Below, piece after piece: positions 32,740 to 45,039 of a stretch of DNA of 64,000 nt. Position numbers and translations under genes: made by a program. The DNA is taken from NCBI GenBank assembly GCA_048207125.1, contig DBEWRE010000003.1, positions 3,846-67,845 of the forward strand, in the 5' to 3' direction. The stretch comes from Collinsella sp. (lineage in GTDB: Bacteria; Actinomycetota; Coriobacteriia; Coriobacteriales; Coriobacteriaceae). Position 1 is the stretch's first letter; the number at the start of each line of letters is the position of its first letter. The notes beneath the pieces are model-generated. The model saw only the letters and a list, made by a program, of their open reading frames with translations, did no database searches and was not told the origin of the DNA.

Positions 32740-32973
32740 TTAAAGCTGGGCCTCTACGTATTCGGCCAGATCGGCGACGGTCTTGAACTTATCCAGCTGG
32801 GTGTCGGAGATCTCGATATCGAACGCTTCCTCAACGGCCATGACCAGCTCCATAGCAGCCAGGGAATCGGCTCCCAGGTCGCTATCGAGCTGCGCGTCGC
32901 GCACCACCTTGTCGGGGGCGCAGCCCAGGGTCTCGGAAATGATGGATGCAAGCTTGTCGAACTCAAATGCCAT
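32740..32973 (-). CDS. acpP: acyl carrier protein
   Basis: 77 aa and acidic. The phosphopantetheine attachment motif is LGADSLAAMELV (DSL). It is the first gene of the acc/fab operon. Confidence 0.9.
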   Translation of the reverse strand: MAFEFDKLASIISETLGCAPDKVVRDAQLDSDLGADSLAAMELVMAVEEAFDIEISDTQLDKFKTVADLAEYVEAQL

Positions 32974-33316
32974 GGTTGGTCCCTTCTCGTGTGCCGGCGC
33001 GCTTTCACCGGCAGATCATTTTCATTCAAACTTTTTAGTTAAGTAATTTTATCTAAAATATTTGAACTATTGGTTTGGCATAATGAGCTTGCCGCGTTTC
33101 GCTGTCAAGAAAAAATTTGTCTCTTTCCATTTGATTCGACCGCAAGCGCCGCGTCCGCGCGTCCGCGCGAAGCGTCTTTCCGCATACGGCGAGAGCATGG
33201 AGCAAGCGAGCGCGGAGACGGGCGACGTACCCTTTTGCTATGCTTACATGCACGCACGTTTACCAGCATCAAGGGCGTTTTCCACCCCTGTATATCCATG
33301 AAAGCCGAGGGCACCC

Positions 33317-34645
33317 ATGCCATCCAAAAAGCGCTCGCAAAACGGATTTGGCGATAAGCGCGGGCCCCGCAAGCCCGCGGCGGGCCACGCGCGCCCCGCA
33401 AACAAGAACTCCATCGCCCAACCACAATCCGACGGCCCCTGTCCGCTCATGCGCGCGTGCGGAGGCTGCGAATGGCTGGGCCTTCCCTACCGCAAGCAGC
33501 TCGCCCGCAAGCAAACCGCTATGCAGGAGCTGTTCCAGCCCGTCCTCGATTCCAGCCGCAGCGATGTTCGCGAGCTGGAGCCCATCTTTGGCATGGGCGG
33601 ACGAGCGGGAGACGGCAAAATCGCGTCGCCGCGCGCGTTCCGCTACAAAGCAGCAACGCCCTTCGCGCCCGGCGAGGGAAACGAGGTGCGCTGCGGTTTC
33701 TTCGCCCGCGGAACGCATCGCATCGTCGAGGTTCCCAACTGCATAGTCGAGGCGCCTGGTACCAGGGAGATCCTCAACGGCGTTGCCCGTATAGCCCGGG
33801 AACTCGGCATTCCCGCATATGACGAGGACACCCACCAGGGCGTCTTGCGCTACGCGGTGCTGCGGTTGGGCTGGAAAATGGACCAGGGCGTGCTCACGCT
33901 GGTCACCAGCCGCCGCGATGTAGCGCATCTGGACGAGCTGGCGCTTCGCGCGATGCAGCTCGATCCGCGCATCACCTGCGTAGCGCAAAACATAAACCCG
34001 CGCGTCACCAACGCCATCCTGGGCGGCGAGACGCGCGTGATAGCGGGCTCCCCGAGCATGCGGGACAAATTGCTGGGATGCACCTTCGAGATATCCCCCA
34101 CCGCGTTCTACCAGACAAACCCGCAGCAAACAGAACTGCTCTACCAATTGGCCATCGATGGCATGGCGCTAACGGAGGGCGATGTTCTCATGGACGCCTA
34201 TTGCGGCAGCGGAACCATAGGATTGTGCGCCGCGGCGGACGCTCGCGAGCGCGGCGTGTCCATCTCCCTGCTGGGCGTTGAGCGCAACGCCGCCGGCATT
34301 ATCGATGCGAAGGCGAACGCCGAGCTCAACGGCCTCGCCGACTCGTGCGAATTCGTCGCCAAGGACGCCACGGAGTTCATGCTGGAAGCCGCGCGGGAGG
34401 GGCGCCGCGTCGACGTGCTCTCCATCGACCCGCCCAGAGCCGGCTCGACGCCGGAGTTCCTCGACGCAGCCATGAGCCTCGCCCCCAGGAGCATCACGTA
34501 CATAAGCTGCAACCCCCAAACGCAATGCCGCGACCTGCAGCATCTTATGCAGGGCGACTACCGTCTGGAGCGCTTGGCGCTCGTCGACATGTTCCCGCAT
34601 ACAACGCACGTGGAAACGGTTGCGGTGCTGCGCCGCGAGCAGTAA
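33317..34645 (+). CDS. RumA/TrmA family 23S rRNA (uracil-C5)-methyltransferase (RlmD-like)
   Basis: 442 aa; ATG with GAGGG SD. Contains an Fe-S Cys cluster region CGGCEW, the SAM motif DAYCGSGTIG, DPPRAG, and the catalytic YISCNPQT. Confidence 0.85.
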   Translation: MPSKKRSQNGFGDKRGPRKPAAGHARPANKNSIAQPQSDGPCPLMRACGGCEWLGLPYRKQLARKQTAMQELFQPVLDSSRSDVRELEPIFGMGGRAGDGKIASPRAFRYKAATPFAPGEGNEVRCGFFARGTHRIVEVPNCIVEAPGTREILNGVARIARELGIPAYDEDTHQGVLRYAVLRLGWKMDQGVLTLVTSRRDVAHLDELALRAMQLDPRITCVAQNINPRVTNAILGGETRVIAGSPSMRDKLLGCTFEISPTAFYQTNPQQTELLYQLAIDGMALTEGDVLMDAYCGSGTIGLCAAADARERGVSISLLGVERNAAGIIDAKANAELNGLADSCEFVAKDATEFMLEAAREGRRVDVLSIDPPRAGSTPEFLDAAMSLAPRSITYISCNPQTQCRDLQHLMQGDYRLERLALVDMFPHTTHVETVAVLRREQ

Positions 34646-34686
34646 GACCCGCCGACTGCCCGCGATAAAGCTATTCGAAAAGGGGG

Positions 34687-34719
34687 TTCCGCGCGGCTTT
34701 TCGACGCGGCCGCGCGGAA
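34687..34719. terminator. perfect 11-bp hairpin in convergent spacer (possible terminator)
   Basis: TTCCGCGCGGC (34687..34697) pairs with GCCGCGCGGAA (34709..34719) across an 11-nt loop. On the minus strand the stem is followed by CCCCCTTTTCG; on the plus strand by GGAGGTTGTTGGG. Neither tail is canonical. Confidence 0.4.
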
Positions 34720-35005
34720 GGAGGTTGTTGGGACGATACCCGCCAAGGAGCAAGGCTTCACTGAGTACCAGGCGGGAGATCGCCCCATTCCGCACCGCAC
34801 CGGATAAAACCGGTCGATCCGAAGGACCGGCCACCCTGCCTGTGGGGTGTATGCGCTGTCGTACACAAAGAACGGCTCGATGAGGAGTCCCGGCAAGGTG
34901 GCCGAAGCCCATTGTCACGCCATTCAAATTGGACGATGTTACCATCCGTTCACCCGCACGGGCCTTCTCGCCCGCACGGCGATGGCCCCGCGGACCCCTT
35001 TTACC

Positions 35006-36358
35006 CTATCGATCCAGGACGTGCATCCAGGCCAGGTACACGCTGGGATAGTGCCCCAGCAGCAGCGTCGTCGGGTCGAGCTTTAGGGCGCATGCCCCGG
35101 CCAGCGTGGCGACGCCCACCGGCGTCATTAGCGCATCCGCCGTGGGAATCGCGCGTCCCAGCTCGTCCACAAGGCCATCCATGACGCGCTCCACCCGCGG
35201 ATCGTAGGAACTGACATCGCCCGTCAGCTCCTCAAACGCATTCTTCATGGCCGCATAGTCGGTTTTGAACCCTTCCTCGTCCAAAGACGGCAACCACACA
35301 TCGATGCCGTAGCGCTGGTAGCCCCAGGCTTCCAGGGGAAGCTTGGTAACGGGGTCGGCAGGATTGAGGATATTGAAGATGTTGGCATAGCGCGGCGCCG
35401 AATTGTCAGCGCTCACCGTGGTCCTGGGCGATGCGAAGGTATACGCGTAGATATTGTCCCCGGCACCCCCGGCGAACGCCTTGGCCTGGCGGTCGTCGAG
35501 CATGGCTGCCAGCACGCCGGCGGCCGCTCCGCCCCGGCTATGGCCGCACAGGAGGACGGATACGTCGTGACCGCGCGCGTAGGCCTCACGACGCCACGCC
35601 TCGAGCTCGTCGGCGATTTCAGAGGCAGCGGTGAGGTAGCCGCTATGATCGCCCTCGCGCTCCGCCTCGAGCGACCGCGCGGCGCTTGTCGCCTGGGCGT
35701 CGGTGAGGTTGAAGTTGCTGAGCCACTCGGACCCGTAGCTTCCCCGAATCGCCACGGCGATAAGCTCGCGCTCGTTGCCGTCCGCATCAACGACCTGCTT
35801 TCGGGCGAGCGTGTAGGCGATGCCATCGGACTGCTGGGTCACCACGTCCAGAAGCTCGTCCACCACCTGGCTGCGATACTTGTAAGACTCGGTGGAAACC
35901 TCGAAGAACCCAAGATCGTGCAGGGCGGTCTCCATATAAGGAAGGTTGCTATCCGCATCCTGGTAATAGGCTGACTCCGAGTACGCCAGGGTCGACAGCA
36001 CCAGCGCCGCCCGCGCCAGTTCGTGGTTGTATTGGGCGGGGTCGTTGAAGAACCATGAATCGTCCCACACCAACTCGGTGGAGACCTCGGCGTCGCGACC
36101 GGTAGTTCCCGTTGCACCAAAGCACGTAAACGCGATCTGCTTGGAGAAGCGTCCGAATGCGGGGACATCGTCCGCATAGACCGTCTCCGGAGCCGTCGGG
36201 GACTCGATAGCGCCCTCGCCGCGCGTCTCTTGAACGTGGCGGTACATCAGCATAAGTGCGAAAGCGGACAGTCCTATGGCAAGCATGAGCAGCACGATAA
36301 GGGGAAGCCGCCGCAAACCGGATCGAAGCGTTGCGAACGCCGTATGATGCATTACCAA
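35006..36358 (-). CDS. membrane-anchored class 3 lipase family protein
   Basis: 450 aa. N-terminal TM anchor LPLIVLLMLAIGLSAFALMLM. Nucleophile elbow LLCGHSRGGAAAG (GHSxG). TTG start at 36358 with GAGGAG 9 nt upstream; an ATG at 36352 is the alternative. Confidence 0.7.
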   Translation of the reverse strand: MVMHHTAFATLRSGLRRLPLIVLLMLAIGLSAFALMLMYRHVQETRGEGAIESPTAPETVYADDVPAFGRFSKQIAFTCFGATGTTGRDAEVSTELVWDDSWFFNDPAQYNHELARAALVLSTLAYSESAYYQDADSNLPYMETALHDLGFFEVSTESYKYRSQVVDELLDVVTQQSDGIAYTLARKQVVDADGNERELIAVAIRGSYGSEWLSNFNLTDAQATSAARSLEAEREGDHSGYLTAASEIADELEAWRREAYARGHDVSVLLCGHSRGGAAAGVLAAMLDDRQAKAFAGGAGDNIYAYTFASPRTTVSADNSAPRYANIFNILNPADPVTKLPLEAWGYQRYGIDVWLPSLDEEGFKTDYAAMKNAFEELTGDVSSYDPRVERVMDGLVDELGRAIPTADALMTPVGVATLAGACALKLDPTTLLLGHYPSVYLAWMHVLDR

Positions 36359-36521
36359 GATCGCCCGCTCCTCAACTACCTCGTCACCGGTGCCGCGCGA
36401 ACGCCAAGGCTCGTCGCACGGAGGGCCCGTCCCTACATTAGTGCTGAGAATATCAGGCGGTCATGGAGCGGACGTGGGCAGACGCTTACATTTTCATAAG
36501 GTTCGAGAGATTAGGCGACGC

Positions 36522-37118
36522 CTAGGCACCGGCAGCAATCTGCTCGGCGGTAAGCTCGGCGCCCTCCACGTAGTACACGTGCTCGCCGGCGCAGCGCTTG
36601 CAGTATACATGGCCGTCCTTCTCGACGCCGCGGCCGTCGTGAACGCGCTCGCCGCATTTCTCGCAGATCTGTGTCTTGCGCGGCTTGCCCGGCAGGTCGT
36701 ACTCCATGAAGTCGGGCAACTCGACCTCGTGCACATGGAACAGCTCGGTATCGCTGAATTGGTTGAAGAACGCCACCACGTCCTCGCCCTTAGGGCAACG
36801 GGGAACGTCTTGACGCTGGGAGATGCGAATGGCCTTGCCGCTGGCGATATCGTAGAAGCTCGCCGACATGATGCCGTAGTCATACCACTTCAAGCGACGC
36901 TTTCCCAGATGGCAGTGGGCAACGGACACCACGGCATCCGCTAGGCAGCGATCGCACTCGACAAACGCGATAAGGTCGCGATAGGTGTCGGCATCCTCGA
37001 TATGAAAGTACTCGAGCGCAAGGCGTGCCATGCGGGTACCGATCATCTGGCCGCCACACAGATGGCCGTGAAATGCCACGGCGCGGTCGAGGTCTTCTTG
37101 CAAGGTGCGCTTCAGCAT
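36522..37118 (-). CDS. FmdE family protein with C-terminal zinc ribbon
   Basis: 198 aa. The FmdE-type N-terminus is AVAFHGHLCGGQMIGTRMA...ECDRCLADAV. The C-terminal zinc ribbon reads CEKCGERV...CKRC. Confidence 0.75.
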   Translation of the reverse strand: MLKRTLQEDLDRAVAFHGHLCGGQMIGTRMARLALEYFHIEDADTYRDLIAFVECDRCLADAVVSVAHCHLGKRRLKWYDYGIMSASFYDIASGKAIRISQRQDVPRCPKGEDVVAFFNQFSDTELFHVHEVELPDFMEYDLPGKPRKTQICEKCGERVHDGRGVEKDGHVYCKRCAGEHVYYVEGAELTAEQIAAGA

Positions 37119-37247
37119 GGATGAATCCTTTCATAAACGGATGCGGAGCCTTCAAGCAGAAGGACCCCGCACCCGGGCAACTGTCGAGCCACTTGATGAT
37201 ACGCGAGCGCAAGAAGGTGCGAAACCCCCTTTATTCTCGTCCATATA

Positions 37248-38069
37248 TCAATTAAGCAGCGCTCGCAAATCGCAGACGCCTGCAAGCGCCATATATTCCA
37301 GCAAGGACTCGGCGCTTCTGTTCACAATAAGCTCCTGGGGGAAGCCGATCTCATCCAACATGGCGGGCGCTTGGGAGAAGCCGCCGATATCGCTCGATAT
37401 ATGAGCGTCGGTCGAGACGGTGACGCCGACGCCGAGCTCGGCGCAGCGCACGGCTATCTCGCGACAGGCCTGCGTGGTCCTTCCAGAGCGATCGGCGTTG
37501 AGGCTATGCTCGTTTATCTCGATCAGCTTATGGGCATCGCGCGCCGCGCCGAGCACCACGTCGAGGTCGAATGGAACGCCCGCGCGCCCCACGTGCCCCA
37601 GTACAAAAACCTTGGGGTGCGCCAACACGTTGAGGTACATCTGCGTCGCCTCGTCCAGCGAAGCGCCCTTGGCGAACGCGCGGTTGTGGACGCTGGCGAC
37701 TATATAGTCCAGCCCGCCCGTCACACGGTCGAATAGGTTCGCCGTGGGTTCCCCTTTGGTCGCGGCGATGCTGTAGTGGCACGCGATATCCATGCCGAAC
37801 AGCCTGCCGTCAAGCGATACGATATCCGCCTCGACGCCGCGCAGCAGCAGAACGCCGTCCTTTTTGCGCGGCCACACATCCATGTTGAGGAAATACTGGA
37901 AGTTGCGGATGTCCTGCTGGCTAAAGAGCATGTCGCTAAAGTGATCCGCCGACCCCAGCAGCTCCAAGCCGGCGTCGCGGGCGGCGGCGAGGTTCTCCAT
38001 GATGGTCGAGTACGCATGACGCGAGAACAGCGTATGGGTGTGGATGTCACACGCGATCTGATAGGGCAT
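37248..38069 (-). CDS. PHP domain phosphatase (YcdX-like)
   Basis: 273 aa. The N-terminus CDIHTHTLFSRHAYST...GSADHF resembles the YcdX metal-binding motifs. ATG with GAAGGAGAG SD. Confidence 0.8.
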   Translation of the reverse strand: MPYQIACDIHTHTLFSRHAYSTIMENLAAARDAGLELLGSADHFSDMLFSQQDIRNFQYFLNMDVWPRKKDGVLLLRGVEADIVSLDGRLFGMDIACHYSIAATKGEPTANLFDRVTGGLDYIVASVHNRAFAKGASLDEATQMYLNVLAHPKVFVLGHVGRAGVPFDLDVVLGAARDAHKLIEINEHSLNADRSGRTTQACREIAVRCAELGVGVTVSTDAHISSDIGGFSQAPAMLDEIGFPQELIVNRSAESLLEYMALAGVCDLRALLN

Positions 38070-38132
38070 TCTCTCTCCTTCTCAACCCTGATGCCTTATT
38101 CGACGGCGCCGCGTCCTAGAGAAGCGAGCACC

Positions 38133-38169
38133 AAAAAGCGCGGGAACCCTATTCTCAGATCTCCCGCGC
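38133..38169 (-). terminator. Rho-independent terminator of the aminotransferase gene
   Basis: Perfect 8-bp stem GCGCGGGA / TCCCGCGC (38138..38145 and 38162..38169). On the minus strand it is followed by TTTTTGGTG. Confidence 0.65.
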
Positions 38170-38196
38170 CTTGCAGCGTCACCGCGAAAACGCGGC

Positions 38197-39378
38197 TTAT
38201 TTGTACGTTTCAGCCAATGCCTTCCAGGCGGGCAGCGAACGCTCGATGGTATCGTGGCTCACGCAATACCCTATACGGATCCAACCCGGTACGCCGAAGC
38301 TGTTGGACGGAACGGGCAGCAATTCGAAGGAGCGCGCTCGCGCGCAGAAGGCCTCCGCATCGTCCTCCAGTGCGCGAACCCAAAGGTAGAACGCTCCATC
38401 TGGCTCAACATAGGTGTAGCCGTATTCAGACAGGGCGCGGGTCAGCGTCTCGCGGTTACGCGCGTAGGCATCAACGTTAGACGGCTCGTCCACGCAATCT
38501 TCCACCACCCGCTGGAAAAGAGCCGGTGCACACACAAAGCCAAGGCAGCGTGCGGCGCCCGCAACCGCAAGCATGACCCTGTCCGCCAGGGGCATGGTGT
38601 TAGGCACCAAAATCCAACCCACGCGCTCGCCGGGCAGCGACAGCGACTTGGAATAGGAGTAGCACACGACCGTGTGCTCGTAGATGGAGGGAACCCAGGG
38701 GACCTCCGCCCCGTAGACCACCTCGCGGTAGGGCTCGTCTGAAATCAGGAAGACAGGCTGCTCTCGCGCGCCGTTGGCCTGATGCAGCACCAAAGCGAGC
38801 GCCTCGAGGTTCTCCCGCGTGTACACGGCGCCGGTAGGGTTGTTGGGCGAGTCGATGATGACTGCCGCGGTATTGGGCGTAATCGCATCGCGGACCGCTG
38901 CCACATCGATTTGGAAGGTATCCTGATCTGCGAGGACCTCGCGGCAAACGGCGCCGGCATTCTCTATCCAAACACGGTACTCGGGAAAGAACGGAGCGAT
39001 GACGATGACCTCCTCGCCCGGGTTAACCAGGGCATGGAGGGAGCAGGATACGGATGCGGCGGCGCCCACGGTCATGAAGACGTCGCCGGCGGCATATGTT
39101 GTTCCGAAGCGGCGGTTGAGCGACGCTGCCACGGCGGCGCGCGTGGAGGGAAGGCCCGGGGCGGGCGTATAGCCATGGAGCTGCTCGCTGGACAACTCGT
39201 CCAAAGAGCGCTCTATCGACTTGTGCACGGCTGCCGGCGCCGGCACCGACGGGTTGCCCAGGCTGAAGTCAAAGACGTTCTGGGCGCCGATCTGCTCCTT
39301 GCGCTCGCAGGCATACGTAAAGATCTCGCGAATCACCGAGCTTTCGGCGCCGCGCTGGTACATGGTCTCGTTGATCAT
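38197..39378 (-). CDS. PLP-dependent aminotransferase, class I/II (aspartate/alanine aminotransferase-like)
   Basis: 393 aa. The PLP lysine motif is YSYSKSLSLPGERVG. NPTG is also present. ATG with AAGGGGGA SD. Confidence 0.88.
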   Translation of the reverse strand: MINETMYQRGAESSVIREIFTYACERKEQIGAQNVFDFSLGNPSVPAPAAVHKSIERSLDELSSEQLHGYTPAPGLPSTRAAVAASLNRRFGTTYAAGDVFMTVGAAASVSCSLHALVNPGEEVIVIAPFFPEYRVWIENAGAVCREVLADQDTFQIDVAAVRDAITPNTAAVIIDSPNNPTGAVYTRENLEALALVLHQANGAREQPVFLISDEPYREVVYGAEVPWVPSIYEHTVVCYSYSKSLSLPGERVGWILVPNTMPLADRVMLAVAGAARCLGFVCAPALFQRVVEDCVDEPSNVDAYARNRETLTRALSEYGYTYVEPDGAFYLWVRALEDDAEAFCARARSFELLPVPSNSFGVPGWIRIGYCVSHDTIERSLPAWKALAETYK

Positions 39379-39404
39379 GATTCCCCCTTTCGCTTACGGG
39401 GAAA

Positions 39405-40229
39405 TCATACCCGTTTGCGGTTCTTTGAACGGCGAACGCGCGGAATGAAACGCGCTGCTAACGAGTTGCGGTCGCGCGTCTCCACATAGGCGAAGCCTAT
39501 GACGGCGAACACCAGGGCGCCGATGAGGTTGACGATAAGGTCCGCCATGGAATCATGGATGCCGATGTCAAGGTACCCTCCGGGAATCTGGATGACCTCG
39601 CCTGAGCCGAGCATGATCTGCGTCGACACGATATCTCGAACGGGAATGGTGACATTGGAGCTTGTGGGGTCGAGCCAGACCGTGTTGATCGCCTGCACCA
39701 GCGTATCCTTCTGCATGTCAACGCCGATGAAGCAATCTGCCAGATACTCGAAAATCTCCCAGCACGCGCCGATGCACATGGAAAACGCCACGGCGGACAC
39801 CGCCATGTACAAAGGCGTCAACTTGATTTTGGACGATTCGCTGCGGTTGAGGATGTCGAACAGCGCGAAACCGATGCCCGCGCACAGAAAGCCCCATGTA
39901 GTATGCAGGATGGTGTCCCAAAACGGGATGCGGATATAGAACGCGTCGATCTCGCCCAAGATCTCCGCCGCGAAGATAAACAGCAAGATGATCGACTCGA
40001 GCAGGTCCGGCAGCTCTATATCAAGGGTGTGCTCGATAAGCGATGGCAGCAACAGCAACACCAGCGTGAGGACGCACAGCATCATGTGCTCATAATGCCC
40101 CAGAAACGCCGAGCGAACCAAGGTGATGAGCACCAGCGCTCGCAGCACGAAGTACAACGCGAAAACCACTGGCTCCTCTGCGCGTTTGCGCCGCATGGTT
40201 TCCTTGGCGCGTGAGATGAATCCAGCCAT
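39405..40229 (-). CDS. hypothetical polytopic membrane protein (possibly DUF2238/YjdF-like)
   Basis: ~274 aa with 6-7 TM helices. The motif FWDTILHTTWGF recalls the YjdF family (weak, from memory). The ATG at 40229 has GGAG 6 nt upstream; the track start at 40253 is a TTG without an SD. Confidence 0.55.
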   Translation of the reverse strand: MAGFISRAKETMRRKRAEEPVVFALYFVLRALVLITLVRSAFLGHYEHMMLCVLTLVLLLLPSLIEHTLDIELPDLLESIILLFIFAAEILGEIDAFYIRIPFWDTILHTTWGFLCAGIGFALFDILNRSESSKIKLTPLYMAVSAVAFSMCIGACWEIFEYLADCFIGVDMQKDTLVQAINTVWLDPTSSNVTIPVRDIVSTQIMLGSGEVIQIPGGYLDIGIHDSMADLIVNLIGALVFAVIGFAYVETRDRNSLAARFIPRVRRSKNRKRV

Positions 40230-40398
40230 ATCCGGCTCCATTTCTCCATCCAAAGGGAAAGCGGCACCCAGCGCGATGCCCGTGCGCCGAGCCCTTCCCG
40301 TGCAGACATATCAGACGAACCCAATATAACAGCAAAGCGGGCCCGCTCTCGCGAACCCGCTCTCGATACCTCCCAAGGGGAAGCTTTATCTTGCCCCG

Positions 40399-42729
<2,331 letters not shown>

Positions 42730-42730
42730 C

Positions 42731-43279
42731 CTAGGCGTAAACCTCCGGCTTGAGCACGCCCACATAGGGAAGGTTGCGATAGCGCTCGGCGAAGTCGAGG
42801 CCGTAACCCACAACAAACTCGTCGGGGCAGTGCGTTCCTACATACTTGGGGTCAATCGCCGTGGTGCGGCCCTCGACGTCCTTCCACAGGAACGTGGCGA
42901 CCTCAAGGGAAGCGGGATGGCGACTGGAGAGGTTCTTCATGAGATACTTGAGCGTGAGACCGGAGTCCAGGATGTCCTCGACGATCAGGACGTCGCGGCC
43001 CTTGATGTCGATATCCAGATCCTTGACGATGCGGACGATGCCCGAGGACTTGGCGCCGTCGCCGTAGCTGGAAACGGCCATGAAGTCGATGGCGAGCGGG
43101 CAGTCGATAGCGCGCATCAAATCACCCATGAAAACCACGGCGCCGCGCAGAACCGCGATGAGAACCAGGTCCTTGCCCTCGTAATCCTTGCTGATCTGAG
43201 CGCCCATGCGCTTGACCATATCAGCGATGTCCTCTTTGCTGAACAGGACCCTATCGACATCCGGATGCATTGCTTCCAT
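42731..43279 (-). CDS. hpt: hypoxanthine phosphoribosyltransferase
   Basis: 182 aa. PRPP motif [14 protein letters not shown]. It occupies the conserved tilS-hpt-ftsH position. Confidence 0.92.
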   Translation of the reverse strand: MEAMHPDVDRVLFSKEDIADMVKRMGAQISKDYEGKDLVLIAVLRGAVVFMGDLMRAIDCPLAIDFMAVSSYGDGAKSSGIVRIVKDLDIDIKGRDVLIVEDILDSGLTLKYLMKNLSSRHPASLEVATFLWKDVEGRTTAIDPKYVGTHCPDEFVVGYGLDFAERYRNLPYVGVLKPEVYA

Positions 43280-43435
43280 GACAACCCTTTCTTTGGTAGC
43301 TGCGCGTGCTTACCGCGTACCCACTTTGTCGAACGTCCGCGCGGGCGCTCGCCAAAGTTACGCGAATAGTTCATTTTACCAGCATAGTCATCTTTTGCAC
43401 GCCTCTTCCCGCGCGATTCCGCGCGCCGCCGTGCG

Positions 43436-44995
43436 CTACAGCACCCGGCGCATCTCGAGCTTGATGGCATAGCGCGTAGCGGGCGTGCACTTGAAACGCT
43501 CGTCGAGGCGCACGCCCGCCACCCATACGATCGCGGCGGACGGAGCCGTCCGTACCACGGGGACCGCCGCGCGCTCCGCAACCGGGATGCGCGCCGAACC
43601 CAGGATGTCGGACACCTTCTTGGTGCGCCCATGCATCCCCAGCGGGCACATGATGTCGCCAGGCACGGCGGAATCAACCCACAGCCTCGGCGTCCTCCCG
43701 TCGGCTGCCGTCTTTGGCATGGATTGCCTTCTGCAGGCCGCATCCAGGTCGCGCGCCGCATAACCCAGCGCCTCGGCATCGACCAGAACCGCGCAAGAAC
43801 ATGCGGCATCACCGCCCGCGTCGATGTCGCGAGCCAGGGCGACCGGGTCCTCGCCTGCGGGAATTCGCACCAGCGACGCCTCCAAGACGCTCTCGTTCGC
43901 CGCAGGGACCATCCCCGGGACCAGCAGCCAAGCCGCCACCAGCTCCTCCCTCGCCGCGGCGCTCCTAAACGAAAGGGCGCCGAACTCTATACGCGCATCG
44001 ATACCGCCCGGCAGCGTCAGGGACCCTTCGCCCGACCCGACGCACGAAAGGACGCTCTCCACATGGCGCATCTCAAGGCGCACCTCCGGATCGACCGCCT
44101 TGACGGCCAAGCGCACCATGCGGCGCGCGATCGCGATCTCGCTGGCAGCAAGCTTGCGCGCGTCAAGCACCACCAAGCCTTCTTGCTGACGGCGGACGCA
44201 AGACCTATACGCTTGGGAGGCTAGCTGAGACATGAAGGCATCCTCGTCCCCAAGGATGTCGCAAGCGGCGCTCACCGTCTTCTCAAGATTCCCGTTGCGC
44301 TGCGCCGCCACGGGAACCACCTTATGACGAATAAAGTTGCGCAAGTACGACGTATCGCCGTTCGATTCGTCCTCGCGCCAGGGCTGTCCCGCAACCTGCA
44401 GGTAATGGACTAGGTCGGCATGGGTCATATCAATAAGCGGACGGACGATGATATTGCGTCGACGCGGAATGCTGGAGAGCCCCGCCGGGCCCGACCCCTT
44501 GATGGCGTTCATGAAGAAGGTCTCCGTGCGGTCGCTCGCCGTATGCGCCGTCAAGATCCTGGCGGCAGACCTCGGCGTCCCCGCCTCACGCGATAGGTCG
44601 CGCACGTATCGACGGGCGGCGGCGTAGCGGACCTCGCGCGCCGCGGCCTCCAGATTCTGCCCGTCAAGCTCGGTAAACGTCGCATGCTCGACGCATAGCG
44701 GAAGCCCGTGGCGCTCGCAGAGCTCCCGAACAAACGCCTCGTCCCCATCAGACGCGTCGCCGCGCAGATGGTGGTTGACGTGCAGCACATGCAAGCGTTC
44801 CCGTGCGATGCGCGACCTCCCGCGGCCATCCGCCACATCCAGTTTCGATGTGCAAGCCATGAGCAACAAGGCAGTTGAGTCCGCGCCGCCTGATACCATG
44901 AGCACCACGGGGGCATTGAGCTCCTCGGTGCCGGCAGAGGTTAGCGGCGCCCCCTGCGGGCGATGCGACAGATAGTGTTGTGCGACCGTGGGCAT
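43436..44995 (-). CDS. tilS: tRNA(Ile)-lysidine synthase TilS
   Basis: 519 aa. PP-loop motif VSGGADSTAL. ATG with GAAGGAGGA SD. It lies upstream of hpt-ftsH. Confidence 0.88.
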   Translation of the reverse strand: MPTVAQHYLSHRPQGAPLTSAGTEELNAPVVLMVSGGADSTALLLMACTSKLDVADGRGRSRIARERLHVLHVNHHLRGDASDGDEAFVRELCERHGLPLCVEHATFTELDGQNLEAAAREVRYAAARRYVRDLSREAGTPRSAARILTAHTASDRTETFFMNAIKGSGPAGLSSIPRRRNIIVRPLIDMTHADLVHYLQVAGQPWREDESNGDTSYLRNFIRHKVVPVAAQRNGNLEKTVSAACDILGDEDAFMSQLASQAYRSCVRRQQEGLVVLDARKLAASEIAIARRMVRLAVKAVDPEVRLEMRHVESVLSCVGSGEGSLTLPGGIDARIEFGALSFRSAAAREELVAAWLLVPGMVPAANESVLEASLVRIPAGEDPVALARDIDAGGDAACSCAVLVDAEALGYAARDLDAACRRQSMPKTAADGRTPRLWVDSAVPGDIMCPLGMHGRTKKVSDILGSARIPVAERAAVPVVRTAPSAAIVWVAGVRLDERFKCTPATRYAIKLEMRRVL

Positions 44996-45039
44996 ACATC
45001 CTCCTTCATTCAGTTGTCATTGTATCCATTGGGAGCCTT

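Noticed and set aside
33025-33066. TTCAAA ... TTTGAA inverted hexamers upstream of acpP as a FabT/MarR operator
   Set aside because: There are only 6 bp per arm, 30 nt apart, in AT-rich promoter DNA. They do not match the FabT palindrome I remember, so the evidence is too weak to call.
33269-34147. 292-aa minus-strand ORF opposite the RumA-type methyltransferase
   Set aside because: It is a shadow ORF. The plus strand carries the SAM-binding, DPPRAG and catalytic Cys motifs.
34646-35005. Tested by eye for SRP RNA, RNase P RNA, tmRNA, 6S RNA and cobalamin/c-di-AMP riboswitch motifs
   Set aside because: The hallmark sequences were not found. These include GGAAGCAGC with a GGAA tetraloop context, GAGGAAAGTCCGGGC, the tRNA-like end with CCA, and the B12 box. 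It is kept only as a low-interest structured-spacer observation.
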